A stretch of DNA of 63,548 nt, counting the filler, from Octopus bimaculoides (lineage: Eukaryota): assembly GCF_001194135.2 (NCBI RefSeq). It is 5 parts of 5 records of this genome, joined end to end, with 100 filler letters (N's around TTAATTAATTAA, not from the genome) between each part and the next. Parts side by side here need not be neighbours in the genome. Positions count along the whole stretch, not along the records: positions 25,888 to 40,718 come from NC_068983.1; 4 more parts are not named here. The stretch is one strand, 5' to 3'. Both the position numbers and the translations under genes were made by a program. Positions 26,270-39,096 of this stretch are shown piece after piece. Each line of letters begins with the position of its first letter. The stretch's first letter is position 1. Under the pieces are notes generated by a model. That model saw only the letters and a program-made list of their open reading frames with translations, had not been told where the DNA came from and ran no database searches.

Positions 26270-26710
26270 GGCTTGATTGGTGCAAAAGCAAAAACGATTT
26301 TATTATTTCAAACTTTGATACTTATTTTGGAATAAACTTTTATTTAACCATTTTCAAGTAAGATACCATTTTGAAGCCTGTATTTTCCTCTATTGATTTA
26401 AGCCAATGGCTTTACTTTCACTATTTATTCTTGTTTATTTTAGGCCCTCGAATTCATGATGGAAAAGGAGCAAGTTCTAAAGGGAAACACCAGAAATCTC
26501 GCGTAACATCGACCAATCTTTTGGTCAGGAGACCATCAACGCACATTTAGGTTCAAGAATTTCATAGCGGAGATGAAAGCTTTGACAAAGAGTAATGTAC
26601 CAGACGACCTTCCGAAAATGACAATAACCAGTGGAAGGCCGATATTGAAACAAACCCGCGCATAAGTGGTCAAGAATTTACAAGAGAATTTAACCAGGCC
26701 CAGCAAACTT
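26270..26710. mobile_element. Rearranged mariner remnant (C-terminus and TIR on -, N-terminus on +)
   Basis: TIR-like ttggtgcaaaag; + strand yields GDESFD and ADIETNPR-like N-terminal segments. Confidence 0.55.
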
Positions 26711-27548
26711 TTGGAGAAGTGGGCCGCATGTGACATTGCTCATCATCATGTAGGCCCTACTACTAAAAATTTCAAGGTAATTTTTCATTGGCATGACATT
26801 CAGAAAGTCCCGCGGGCCGCAGTTTGCCAATGACTGAACTAAACGTTGATATTATACATGTGTTCGATATTTATATTTTAATGGAAAATCATAAAATCTC
26901 AATAAATGTGCCATAGTAGTTGGGCTAATATAAATTTATAAATAAATATATGGAAACTCGTTATAAAATCTGGTCTTTCTTTCTTGTAACGAAAGTGATT
27001 CATTTCTTGAATGGATTTGCATGTGATAAATTAAAGGATTGAAGTGAGGCCTAGATTCGAAACCATGTGCGTATACTTCACAATGTACGAGCAGCTGTTC
27101 GTGTTTAGTACATGTCCACGAAACTTTAAGTAACATGAGGGGTTAAGCCACTCTGCTCCTCAATGAATACAACTGCAACTCTGTGTGTTGAATACCGCTT
27201 GCGTTCGTTTTTCACTAACTCAAGTATCGGGGTAATAACCTGATAACGTACATTTCAAAGTTCTTATACGGTTATCGGCTACCAAATGCTATCACACAGC
27301 AGAACTACTACTTTAACTGGATATACATGTGGAAATCAGTGCTTTCAAAACCATTCACCTGATGACGTGCAGGGACACAGTTAGTGTTTGATCATATTTA
27401 ATTATATAATATTTATATAATAGTATGATATGGAAAATTCAGCAACTAATATCCATTACCAATGCACAGAAACAATTGTTGTGATCTGTGATTAAAGCCT
27501 GTTCATTCCATCTTCTTGTTGTATACATTTGCGCACGCGCGCGCATGT

Positions 27549-27586
<38 letters not shown>

Positions 27587-28502
27587 CAAAGAGAGAGACC
27601 GTGTAATTTAAACAATTTATATACAGTTACTGCAGCAGAAAACAAACAACTTTATTAAGACTCCGATGTCGAGCACATAATTTGATAAAGAAAATAAAAA
27701 AAACAGAAATTTCAACACTAAAATTGGATTAAATTCTACGCATGTCCACCCACCTACTAATATATTGCTACAACTGTTCGAAGAAAAATTATTTTTATCA
27801 ATTAAAACTATAAAATTCCGAAAAAACCTAAACACTCATTAATAGCTCTCAGACGAAGTTGAACAGCAGATAAACGCAAAATAGATAAATTGGAAAGCAC
27901 TGTAATCAAGTTTTCACCCATTTTATCACGACAAACAATTTATATTAAATCGACCACACCGCATATCGCCGTCATATTTCTAACGCTATCACTAAGAAAC
28001 GTAGACAAAAAGACAATAACAACATAAATGAAATTAATACACAAGAACTGAAAATTATTATGAAATAATAATGTTTTATATAGATGACTGATATAAGAAA
28101 AAATTATTTTCACATCAGACGCCTTACTTTACTTTCAAAAACCACAGAACAAATTTACGACGAAAACCGTCCATCTCATTCTAAAACTGATATGGTTAAT
28201 AGTAAAATATGATGTCGACAGTGTTAGTAATATATGATTGATAGATAATTACAATAAATAAACTAGTAGCATCATTACCTCTTCGGAATGCTTTAAAAGA
28301 ATGGGCCAAATACATTCCTAATTAAAATAAATATAAATTCAAACAATTTGATAGCAAAAAATTTATGCTTAACACGAAAATCTTACTTATGACTGCACTG
28401 AATATCGCAAGATCTTTTTAATAATAACAATAAAAGACAAAATTGGCATTTTAATATTGGTCAGATAAAGGATATCGATCTATGAGTGTGCCTTATGGAT
28501 TG

Positions 28503-28734
28503 CAGTAATCTCTCGCCATATCGCGGTTCATCTATCGCGGTCCACCTGTCGCGGTTTATTATTTAAGCTTACGTCGATTCCTCGGTGGTGTTGTTTTGCA
28601 TTTATAATAAAATGAATACATAGACATTATAAAAATAATAAGATAAAGTATACAGTACTGGTTCTAGTTCGCGGATTTTCACCTATCACGAGGTGTTTTG
28701 GAACGTAATACCTGTGATAGTCGAGGGATTACTG
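28503..28734. mobile_element. pogo/Tigger-like MITE
   Basis: TIRs CAGTAATCTCTCG and CGAGGGATTACTG (12/13 match); TA TSD degenerate. Confidence 0.7.
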
Positions 28735-29010
28735 GAGTAAAATTACTAAGAACGACTTCGTTAGTATGGGCGGATATGATTTCGCTGAGACAAGTTATCT
28801 GGCAAAATTATTCATATCATCAACTACAAAGTTCTCTTCAAGTTGAAAGAATTCTCTATCGAGATTATGGCCTATTAATCATGAACATCATTAATTCCCA
28901 ACAAATGATAGAATTGGAAACGTATTTTCATAATTCTTTTCAGTCAACATGGCTTAATATAACTCTAGACCAACGTTACAACATTACTGTCTTGAATTTG
29001 TGAAGGCGTG

Positions 29011-29470
29011 AGGGCAGTGAGCTGGCAGAAACGTTAGAAGGCGGCGAGCAGGCAGAATCGTTAGCACGCCGGGCGAAATGCTTAGCGGTATTTCGTCTGC
29101 CGTTACGTTCTGAGTTCAAATTCCACCGAGGTCGACTTTGCCTTTCATCCTTTCGGGCTCGATAAATTAAGTACCAGTTGCGTACTGGGGTCAATGTAAT
29201 CGACTTAATCCCTTTGTCTGTCCTTGTTCGTCCCCTCTATGTTTAGCCCCTTGTGGGCAATGAAGAAATAAAAAAGGTTAGCACACCTGGTGAAATGCTT
29301 GGCGGTATTTCCTCTATTTTACGATCTGAGTTCAACTTCCACCGAGGTCGACTTTGCCTTTCATCCTTTTAGGGTCGATAAATTAAGTACCAGTTGCACA
29401 CTGGAGTCGATATAATCGACTGGCTCCCTCTCCAAAAATTTTGGACTTTGTGCCTAAAGTAGAAAAGAAA
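29011..29470 (+). mobile_element. Composite (nested or dimeric) SINE family A
   Basis: Head fragment, then a full copy with the alternative tail, then a headless body with the standard tail; gaaacgttag/aaaaggttag flank the inner copy. Confidence 0.85.
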
Positions 29471-29483
29471 AGAATTTGTGAAG

Positions 29484-29782
29484 GCGTGTAGGCAAGCGGT
29501 TAGGGTGTTCAACTCACGATCGTCTGAACGTGAGCTCGGTTCCTTGTAGCGCATTGCGCCTTTGAGCAAGGCACTTTATTTCTCGGTGTTCCATTCAAGT
29601 CACTTGGCAAAAATGAGTTGTCCTTGTTTTTCAGAAGGCCAGCCTTGTCATATTCTGAGAGCTATATCAAGGGTACACTTGTCTGTGGATTGCTCAGCCA
29701 CATGCACTTTAATTTCAAGAGCAGGTTGCTCCGTTGATCGGATCAACTGAAAAACATGCCGTCGTAACCGATGGGATGCCAG
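29484..29782 (+). mobile_element. SINE family C (diverged)
   Basis: 3' half colinear with 30061-30438. Confidence 0.7.
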
Positions 29783-30060
29783 TTACTGTCTTGTACTTCC
29801 TTGATGTCAACCTTAGTTTAAATAATATCCTTTTGAGTTAAATTGGGTAGACGGAAACTGTGTAAAAACCTATCGGATGGATTGTACCTGCAGCTCAATG
29901 GTTTAACTTTATCACACCATTAGAATTGTATTAGGAGTCCAGTTATCTGTGGGATATTCAGCCAGTTACACGCTAATTCAAAGTACAGGAAGTTCAGTTG
30001 GTCAAATAAATGTATCATCAGCGGAAAATCATTGACTGTTAATATACAGATATGTGTGTG

Positions 30061-30438
30061 GAGGCACAATGGCCCAGTGGTTAGGGCAGCGGACTTGCGG
30101 TTGTAGGGTTGTGGTTTCGATTCCCAGACCGTGCATTGTGAGTGTTTATTGAGCGAAAACAACTAAAGCTCCACGAGGCACCGGCAGGGGTGGTGGCGAA
30201 CCCTGCTGTACTCTTTCACGACAACTTTCTCTTACTCTTTCTTCCTGTTTCTGTTGTACTTGTATTTAAAAGGGCCAGCCTTGTCACACTCTATGTCACG
30301 CTGAATCTCCCTGAGAATTACATTAAGGGCACACGTGTCTGTGGAGTGCTCAGCCACTTGCACGTTAATTTCACGAGCAGGCTGTTCCGTCGATCGGATC
30401 AACTGGAACCCTCGTCGTCGCAACAGATGGAGTGCCAC
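30061..30438 (+). mobile_element. tRNA-derived SINE family C, near full length
   Basis: A-box tggcccagtgg, B-box ggtttcgattccc; related copies at 29484, 30466 and 53963. Confidence 0.85.
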
Positions 30439-30744
30439 ATAAACAGATATGTGTAAACGAAGTATGGCCAAATGGTTGAAATGTTCGCTTTGCAACCACA
30501 AGATCCCGAGGTCAATCTCACAGCATGGCATCTTGGACAAGTGTCATTTTCTATAGCCTCGGCTTTTTCTATATCTTGCAAGTGAAATTAAATAGAAATT
30601 AAGAGTATATTTGTAATTCAAAGGTCAAATTTGTGTACACTGTGCCATACTGAGTCCAAATTGGAATTAATTTAGTAAGAAAAAATTAGTTGATCGAACA
30701 ACTGAATCTTCATCGATGGATAGAAATCCCTCTATAAATGTGTT

Positions 30745-31118
30745 AATATAGCGTTTCCTGGAAGTATATATACACAGCGAAGTATACTTACAAATGGGTG
30801 GATATAGCATTCCATACAGGCATATGTACAGCAAAGTATGCACTTAAAGGTATGTGACGACAGCGTTCCATACATGTGTGCGTACATCAATGTATGCATT
30901 TAAAAATGTGTAACTATGGCGTTCTCTACAGGTGTACGTACACCAATGTATGAATTTAAGAATGCGTAGCTATTTTGTTCCATACATGTGTACGTACACC
31001 AATGTATGCATTTAAGAATGTATAGCTATAGCGTTCTCTAGAGGTGTACGTACATCAAAGTCTGCATTTAAAAATGTGTAGCTATAGCGTTCTTTACAGG
31101 TGTCCGTACAACAATGCA
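30745..31118. repeat. 56-bp minisatellite, about 6 imperfect copies
   Basis: aatgtatg recurs at 30889, 30945 and 31001. Confidence 0.85.
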
Positions 31119-31392
31119 CAAACACAGGTGTTAAACCGACATCATTTGAATATGTAAAGAATAAAAGCCGCTGCATACCCTGACATGGAGCTTCTTGCGG
31201 GTGCTTGCGAAAAATGATATAAGGGATTAGTATTAGAAAATGCAGAGAGGACACTTAAAGTTTATAAGGCTGGAAATATTTTAAAAAACTAAACTTGGAT
31301 TCGTAATAGAAAACGCAACTTTCTACTTTAGATGCTACAAATGACGATGATATCGACGACAATGAAAGTCTGCAGCATCTTATGATTTAAAG

Positions 31393-31737
31393 CAGGGGGT
31401 TCTCAATCATGATCCATATGACCCCTAGGGTCCATATCAGATTTTGGAGGGGTCCAAACAAGCAAAATAGTAAATTGAGGGTCTATGACAAAATTTTGTT
31501 TTCGATGTATTCATTGCGAGAAGCACCCATTTTGCACAGTTTCACATTTCCAGCCAATGAAATATGTTCTGTTGTAAACTTACGCAAGTGAACGTGTGAA
31601 AAACAAAATAGGAATTTCGAAAGAAGTATCTATAAAGCTTGTTCTAAAAAATCAAATCACTGTGGAGGCAGGGTACCTCAGATTAAAATAGTAACCAAAG
31701 GGTTCCACAGGAAAACAAAAATGGTTGAGAACAACTG
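31393..31737. mobile_element. hAT MITE with perfect 8-bp TSD
   Basis: Termini CAGGGGGTTCTCAA and TTGAGAACAACTG; ATTTAAAG at 31385-31392 and 31738-31745. Confidence 0.92.
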
Positions 31738-31853
31738 ATTTAAAGAATGATGAACAAAACAAGACACTTTATGTCACAACCTTGCTACCAAGGAGGCGAC
31801 CAGTCAAAATTAACTCTAAATTGATAGAAAAGAAAACAAATGCATACATAAAG

Positions 31854-32012
31854 CAGGGGCGGACCGAAATGGTGCTGTCCTTGGGGGCATGTGCTCCCCT
31901 CAAGTAAAGAAGTGCGCTTTTCTAAATAATGTTATTACGCCCTTTTCTCCTAGAATTATAATCCCTTCTGACCTTGTGCTCTTCCTTCGAAAAATTCCTG
32001 GGACCGCGCCTG
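31854..32012. mobile_element. Short hAT-like MITE
   Basis: Termini CAGGGGCGGACC and GGACCGCGCCTG (10/12 match); TAAAG on both flanks. Confidence 0.7.
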
Positions 32013-32376
32013 TAAAGATTATAAGGCTGAACATAACAAGAAGAAGAGCCAAGCGAATCAAGAGGATGGACGAAAGAAGCAGAGAAAAGAAAGGATATAT
32101 GTAAAATAGAAAATAGAAAATAGAAAATAGAAGAAAACTACTTCGACATGTGCGTTGTTTAGTATTTTAAGAGGTAGTTTAAACGGGTTTACGAGACTAT
32201 AGACATTATATGTAGCTATGTACAAACACGCCCACACATTTACACATAACGGTTGTAACCTAGCAAAACTGAAAAGCCACGTGTACTTTTCACTTCTACT
32301 TGGGACTTACGCTCATTTCCACAGAAGTGGCAACAATAGGCACCTCTTGCGAAAGGTATTCAGAGGGCTTAACACC

Positions 32377-32698
32377 TACATACATACGTACATACATACA
32401 CATACATACATACATACACACATACATACATACATACATACATACATACACACACATACATACATACATACATACATACATGCATACATACATACACACA
32501 CACATACATACATACACACATACATACACATAAACACACATACATACCAACACGTATATACATACATACAAACACATACATTCATACATACATATATACA
32601 AACACTTATACATACATACATACAAACACTTATACATACATACATACAAACACATACATTCATACGTACATACATACATACATACATACACTGGCATA

Positions 32699-32740
<42 letters not shown>
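32377..32740. repeat. Long (CATA)n/(CA)n compound microsatellite
   Basis: Direct reading. Confidence 0.95.
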
Positions 32741-32943
32741 ACAGTGGTGTTACCCATGTGAATGTAGGGCATGCAATGTCCGTCTAAGGTAATTTATAAA
32801 TGAATGCATAGAGCAAATCAGATTTTAACATAAATCTTACAGGTTTATGAGAGACAGCTGGCAAGAAAGTATGTATCCTACTTCAATTATATTATTGTAA
32901 TTTTACTAATTATATACTTTGCCTTAAGTACCAGTAGTCACCC

Positions 32944-32945
<2 letters not shown>

Positions 32946-33030
<85 letters not shown>
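32946..33030. repeat. Perfect (CA)n, about 42 units
   Basis: Direct reading. Confidence 0.95.
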
Positions 33031-33035
<5 letters not shown>

Positions 33036-34489
33036 GGAAAGGTAAGAATGGTTCGAAGAGCAGGCGAGGGAAGATTCATGGCGAAATGCATAGAAATATA
33101 CAGAGGTTGTTAAAATTGCCTGAAGCTTTCAGGATGAATGATAAATAAGAGGATAAAGTGCAAACAAGAAGGCTATAAAACAAAAACAGAATAAAAGAAC
33201 ATATATAAAAAAAACTATATAAATGCAAACAAGTATGTCTTGTATCATATGTAGGTTAAAAAGTAAGATGCAAAGAAAAGAGAAGAGAATAGAATACTAT
33301 ATACATATACTTACACACACAATATATNNNNNNNNNNNNNNNNNNNNNNNNNNNNNNNNNNNNNNNNNNNNNNNNNNNNNNNNNNNNNNNNNNNNNNNNN
33401 NNNNNNNNNNNNNNNNNNNNNNNNNNNNNNNNNNNNNNNNNNNNNNNNNNNNNNNNTGAAGGGAGTGAGAAAGAGCAAACTAGGTTAAATATGTTATCTA
33501 ATAAGTCATGTAGACAGTAAAGTAATGGAAGCCGTAGGTCTAAGTAAAAAGATTCGTAATATTTGATGGTTTCAAATTGTTTTGTATAAACGAGTGGAAT
33601 TTGATATTCGAGAATTACAAAAGAAGTTATTGAAAGAGTAAGAAACTGTTCAAATCGCGACGGGATGACATAATTATCCCAGTATAACATAATGCGAAGT
33701 TCAATTTGATGTTAGCGTGAATAAGAATGTATAATATCGTATCAGATGTAGATATGAGCTGCCTAGTATCGCTAAAATGGACGGTGTCGGGCGTGTCGCT
33801 TGACTTTTAGAGGCCCCTTTAAACTTTTTGTTTCGAGGCCCCATCCCTTTAATCAAAATTCATAATCTACACACCTTTTATTCATAGCTATATTTTACTT
33901 TATCTTATCTGAAGTTCAATATTTCACGTTATCCTAAAGAACATATTTAGGTAGGGACGTTCGTGGTCCAATGCAATATTTTTACAAGAACCTTCGCTGA
34001 TACAGTGTATTACCATTTTATATCTTGAAATTTTCAGTTAACATAGTTTGATTCTTGTTCAACATCTTAAACAAAGTAAATAGATAACTCATCTACGTAC
34101 TTTGATCTTCACATTAGGCTCCTCAACCACATAGGCCCTCTTCGACCGCAGGGGCTTAGCGACGGCCCTGGATGGTATTGATACTTTATATTACATGTCG
34201 CGGAAAAGTTAAAGGTTTGTAATTGCCTGAAAGTTTTAAAGGTTTTATGCGTATTCGATGTGTACACGAAAGTTTTGAAGGGTTTATGTGTTCTCTGAGT
34301 GATTATTGCGAATGTGACTCTTCCTAAAGGGGATTTCACCTTTGTTTTTCCAGCACACGAACACGCCTTAAATAAACTGTCCCATCTTAAGTAGTTTTGA
34401 TTATTTCTTGTCGTCAGTTACCAAATACAACTGGGTAGCGAGGTGTCATTTCATCTGTGTGGGTTTCAGATTGCGTAAGTGTATTGGTA

Positions 34490-34685
34490 AAAGCGAAACT
34501 TAAAAGATTAGAGGTGAGGACAATCTACGCTTTACGTTCTAAGCTCAAATGCCGCCGACATCAACTTTGTCTTTCATCTTTTCGGAATCGATAAAATAAG
34601 GTTCCAGTCAAGCGCTGGGATCTTGTTCTTTCCCCTCAAAATTGTTGGACTTGTGCAAAAAGTAGAAACAATTATTATTATTGTT
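34490..34685 (+). mobile_element. SINE family A with (ATT)n tail
   Basis: Core and tail match the other copies. Confidence 0.7.
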
Positions 34686-34691
34686 TTTATC

Positions 34692-36170
34692 GCAGGTTTT
34701 GTTGTAACTCCTGGAGTCTTGCATGCGTAGCAGGCTTGCTGTCTGCAGCCTACAGCACGATGCTATTTGTTCTTCTCAACAATCTAATACAGTGGTTCCC
34801 AACCTGTGGTTCCCAACCTGTGGTTCCCAACCTGTGGTTCCCAACCTGTGGTTCACGGATCCCTGGTGAACCGCTAAGGTAGTACTGGGGCTCCGTGAAC
34901 TAAATTCAAAATTTCATATATNNNNNNNNNNNNNNNNNNNNNNNNNNNNNNNNNNNNNNNNNNNNNNNNNNNNNNNNNNNNNNNNNNNNNNNNNNNNNNN
35001 NNNNNNNNNNNNNNNNNNNNNNNNNNNNNNNNNNNNNNNNNNNNNNNNNNNNNNNNNNNNNNNNNNNNNNNNNNNNNNNNNNNNNNNNNNNNNNNNNNNN
35101 NNNNNNNNNNNNNNNNNNNNNNNNNNNNNNNNNNNNNNNNNNNNNNNNNNNNNNNNNNNNNNNNNNNNNNNNNNNNNNNNNNNNNNNNNNNNNNNNATTC
35201 CAATTTCCTTTATATTCCTTTTGATGTTTTCCGATACTGTTCTCATGGACCCAACAATAATTAGTACTATCTTCGCCTTCTTCATTTTCCATAGCCGGGC
35301 TATTTCGTACTTAAGAGGGTTATATTTATCTATTTTTTCGCCTTCCTTCTTGACTATTCGTGGATCAAAGGGGCACGCAACATCATCTATAGCGTATGCG
35401 TGGTGCATCTTGTAGACCACCACTAGCTCAGGTCTATTATGCTCTAGCACCTTATTTGTTTGTTTTGGGAAATCCCAGAGGATTTTGCTAGTCTCCGACT
35501 CCGCCACTTCCTGCAGTTTGTACTCATACCACGTCTTGCCTCTCTCTAGCTTCCATTTTCGCTTAGTTTCCGATGTAGCACTTTCACTCCCTCATCGCAT
35601 AGCCGCAACTTGTAGTGTTTTGGGGCAAGTCTAAGCATTGGTTCGCGATATGAGCAATGGTTTCGTCCACTCTATTACAGATAAGGCACTGTGGAGACAC
35701 TTGCTCATTCCTTAGATTAACCCTCCAATTCGTGACCAAAACTTTGTCTTGCGCTGCCAGTATAGTGCTCTCAGTCTCTTTTTTCAATATTCCTTTCTTC
35801 AGCCAATCCCGCCCAACAACTTCAGTTGTGTCTGCATGGAATTGTTGCGTAATGCTACTGCATGTCCTTTTTAGTACTTTTTTTACTTGTTTTTTCTCCC
35901 TTTTTGCTTCTCTGTTTTCAATACTCCTTCGTTCCTAACTAACACTAGCAAGGTTTCCTTACTTTCGCATAAGTATCTCATTAAACTCCGGAGACCGATA
36001 CGTACGCAGTCTTCCATACTTATCTGCCCCCTTCCTCCACTTGCTCTCTTCATGTATAGACGATCAGTGTCTACACGTGGATGATGGACTCCATGCATCG
36101 TTAGGAGGTTTCTTGTTTTCCTGTCCAACTTCTTTACCTCCTCCTCTCTCCACTTCAGGATTCCAGTGCC
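34692..36170 (-). mobile_element. 5'-truncated R4/Dong-like RLE non-LTR retrotransposon, interrupted by a hAT MITE and a gap
   Basis: RT end (LDRKTRNLLTMHGVHHPRVDTDRLYMKR..GGRG), CCHC motif (CLIC...H...C), RLE motif (KILWDF...RPE...DVACPFD...KY..LKYEI), terminal VLDC* at 34789-34775. Confidence 0.9.
34790..34920 (+). mobile_element. Left end of a hAT MITE with a tandemly amplified terminus
   Basis: CA followed by (GTGGTTCCCAACCT)x4; the right end lies in the gap. Confidence 0.75.
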
Positions 36171-36178
36171 ATAATAAC

Positions 36179-36256
<78 letters not shown>

Positions 36257-36271
36257 CATTATTATTATTAT

Positions 36272-36345
<74 letters not shown>
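36171..36345. repeat. (AAT)n(TAT)n palindromic microsatellite followed by (ATCT)n
   Basis: Direct reading; symmetry centre at 36226/36227. Confidence 0.95.
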
Positions 36346-36751
36346 ATCTTTGCTTACTGTTCCCAACGCACCAACTATTATAGACCGGACCTTTACTGTT
36401 CTCATGCTCCACATTTTTCTTATTTCAAATTTTGGGAGATTGTATTTTGTTGTTGTTGTTGTTTTCCGTCCTCTTTCTTACGATTCTGGAATCAAACGGA
36501 CACGATGGATCGATAAGTAAGCAACTTCGCTTTTCCTTATCTATAATTGTTATTTCCGGTCTATTATTTTCTAACTTCTTGCCCATTTCTTATATTACTC
36601 CTGTGCCAACTTGGGTCATTCTTCCACAACGTGTGCCACTGTCTCTCTCTCCAAGTTCAACAGGCTCTACATTTTTCTGACGCATTCTCTCCATATATAT
36701 TTTTTCTCAAATTGTTTGTTTTTATCGCTTGATCTTAGGCTGCTACAATTA

Positions 36752-36800
<49 letters not shown>

Positions 36801-37254
36801 NNNNNNNNNNNNNNNNNNNNNNNNNNNNNNNNNNNNNNNNNNNNNNNNNNNNNNNNNNNNNNNNNNNNNNNNNNNNNNNNNNNNNNNNNNNNNNNNNNNN
36901 NNNNNNNNNNNNNNNNNNNNNNNNNNNNNNNNNNNNNNNNNNNNNNNNNNNNNNNNNNNNNNNNNNNNNNNNNNNNNNNNNNNNNNNNNNCAATATTTAT
37001 ATAGGCTATTATTAAACAGAGATAAGACGATGTTTTATCCGTGTTTTAATCCCGATAAAAAAAATCTTTTGAAAATGTGTTTGAAATGAAAATATTGTAT
37101 CAGCTTTAAATACTTTAGTTCTACAAAAATTCGCCAGCTCTTTTAGCACCCAACCCCATATTTGACATTTGCTATCTCCTTTGAGATCTTATAACGCTTC
37201 CAGTAGGGTGTAATCAGTCAGGGCCTGGATCAAAGGTTGAAAACAAGAAAGTAA

Positions 37255-37590
37255 CGAACCACATGGAATCATGGGCAAGTATCTTCTATTATAGCCTCGG
37301 GACGACCAGTCTTGTGAGTGAATTTGGTAGACGGAAACTGAAAGAAGCCCGTCGTATATGTTTGTATGTGTGTGTGTCTTTTTGTCCGTGTTTGTCCCTC
37401 ACCACTGCTTGACCACCGGTGTTGGTGTGTTTACATCCCCGTAACATAGCAGTTCGGCAAAAGAGACCGATAAAATAAATATCAGGTCTGAAAGAAAAAT
37501 AAGCTCTGCGGTTGATTCATTCGACTAAAATCTCTTCACGGCTATGCCCCAGCATGGCCGCAGTCTAATGACTTAAACAAGTAAAACAAT
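37255..37590 (+). mobile_element. SINE family B
   Basis: gtagacggaaactgaaagaagcccgtcg...catggccgcagtctaatgac. Confidence 0.8.
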
Positions 37591-37619
37591 GATATAAATC
37601 ACCCTAATGACAGTTTTTA

Positions 37620-37815
37620 ATTAAGGAACAAGGAATGTCGTTTTGAAGGGAATTAGCTGATGCGATCGAATGCAAGTACCTATCAGGTACTTTACTTTAT
37701 CGACCCTGAAACGATGAAAGGTAAGAGTGACCTCGGTAGCATTTGAACTCAGAACGTAAAGAGCCAGAACTAAAAGCTCTTAGCATTTCTTCGACGCTCT
37801 AACGATTCTCTGCCA
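37620..37815 (-). mobile_element. SINE family A (diverged)
   Basis: Core motif match. Confidence 0.7.
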
Positions 37816-38196
37816 GCCTGAAGAAAACATAAATCATTTATAATGGCTTTTTTTTTTGGTTTTTTTTTTCAATGCTAATTCCTTTTGGTTGCTTCTACGC
37901 GTTGAATGATCTCGCTAAACGAACTGAGCTCATATATAAGAGTGAGAAAGGGAGAAGGAGGGAGAGAGATGGGGGGAAGAGACAGAGAGAGAAAGAAAAA
38001 AGGGGAGAGAGAGGTGAGGAGAGGGAGAGAAGAAAAGGAGTGGAAGACATAAATAAATAAATTAATTAAATTGATAAAATGCTTGATTAATGTTTAGAAG
38101 ATCCTCGAAAATGAATTGGTTTGTGTAACTTTAAAACTAGTTTGGCTGAGGTCATTAATAAACAAACAGTTATTAACAACTTGCAAGTCAACAGAC

Positions 38197-38236
<40 letters not shown>

Positions 38237-38521
38237 ATCTGTCTTTCTCTTTCCTTCTCTTTTCTTTTCTTTCCTCCTTTATCTCTTTCTCTCTCTCTAT
38301 TTCTTTCTTCCCTACGCTCCCTCGTATGAATGAAAGTACAATTTAGAAAACGAAAAACGTTATAGGTGAACATAGAAAACCAAGTAATCTTATTTTCAAT
38401 GTTAAAATTCTTCGTCTTGCCATATATTTTCCACGTACAGCTGCAAACAGNNNNNNNNNNNNNNNNNNNNNNNNNNNNNNNNNNNNNNNNNNNNNNNNNN
38501 NNNNNNNNNNNNNNNNNNNNN

Positions 38522-38869
38522 ACTTAGTGGCATTTCGTCTGTCTTTACGTTCTGAGTTCAAATACCGCCGAGGTCAACTTAACCTTTCATTCTTCCGGGG
38601 GTCGATAAATTAAATACCAGTTGCGTACTGGAGTCGATAATTATATCGACCCCAAATTTCGGACCTCCTGCCTGGAGTAGAAAAGAATATTTTAAAGGCG
38701 GCGAGCTGGCAGAAACGTTCTGAGTTCAAATTCCGCCGAGGTCGACTTTGCCTTTCATCCTTTCGGGGTCGATAAATTAAGTACCAGTTGCGTACTGAGG
38801 TTGATCTAATCGACTCCCCCAAAATTTCATGTCTTGTACCTAGAGTAGAAAATATTATTATTATTATTA
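38522..38869 (+). mobile_element. Two tandem SINE family A copies, the second internally deleted, ending in a (TAT)n tail
   Basis: The second copy joins gcagaaacgtt directly to ctgagttc (acgtt microhomology). Confidence 0.85.
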
Positions 38870-39033
38870 CCTTTGCACAACTTCTAAGGCTGGAGATGTA
38901 CTACGGTGTCAGCTGTTCACACCTCTTATTTTTCGAGCATCTTCCGGTGTATTAGAGCGGTTCCAAGCAGTGCTGTTTTCTGCAAGTGCTCCACCTTTAT
39001 TGCAGCCCCTATTTGTTTCATGTATTTCTCAAG

Positions 39034-39036
<3 letters not shown>
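38870..39036 (-). mobile_element. Short 5'-truncated R4/Dong-like element flanked by (TAA)n on both sides
   Basis: EKYMKQIGAAIKVEHLQKTALLGTALIHRKMLEK* plus 3' UTR. Confidence 0.88.
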
Positions 39037-39087
<51 letters not shown>

Positions 39088-39096
39088 CATCATCAT

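Noticed and set aside
27355-27395. CTGATGA plus GTG/CAC stem as a hammerhead
   Set aside because: No GAAA, stem III or cleavage triplet.
30061-30135. tRNA gene-like heads (also 46870-46946 and the family A heads)
   Set aside because: Each continues into a SINE body and has no complete cloverleaf.
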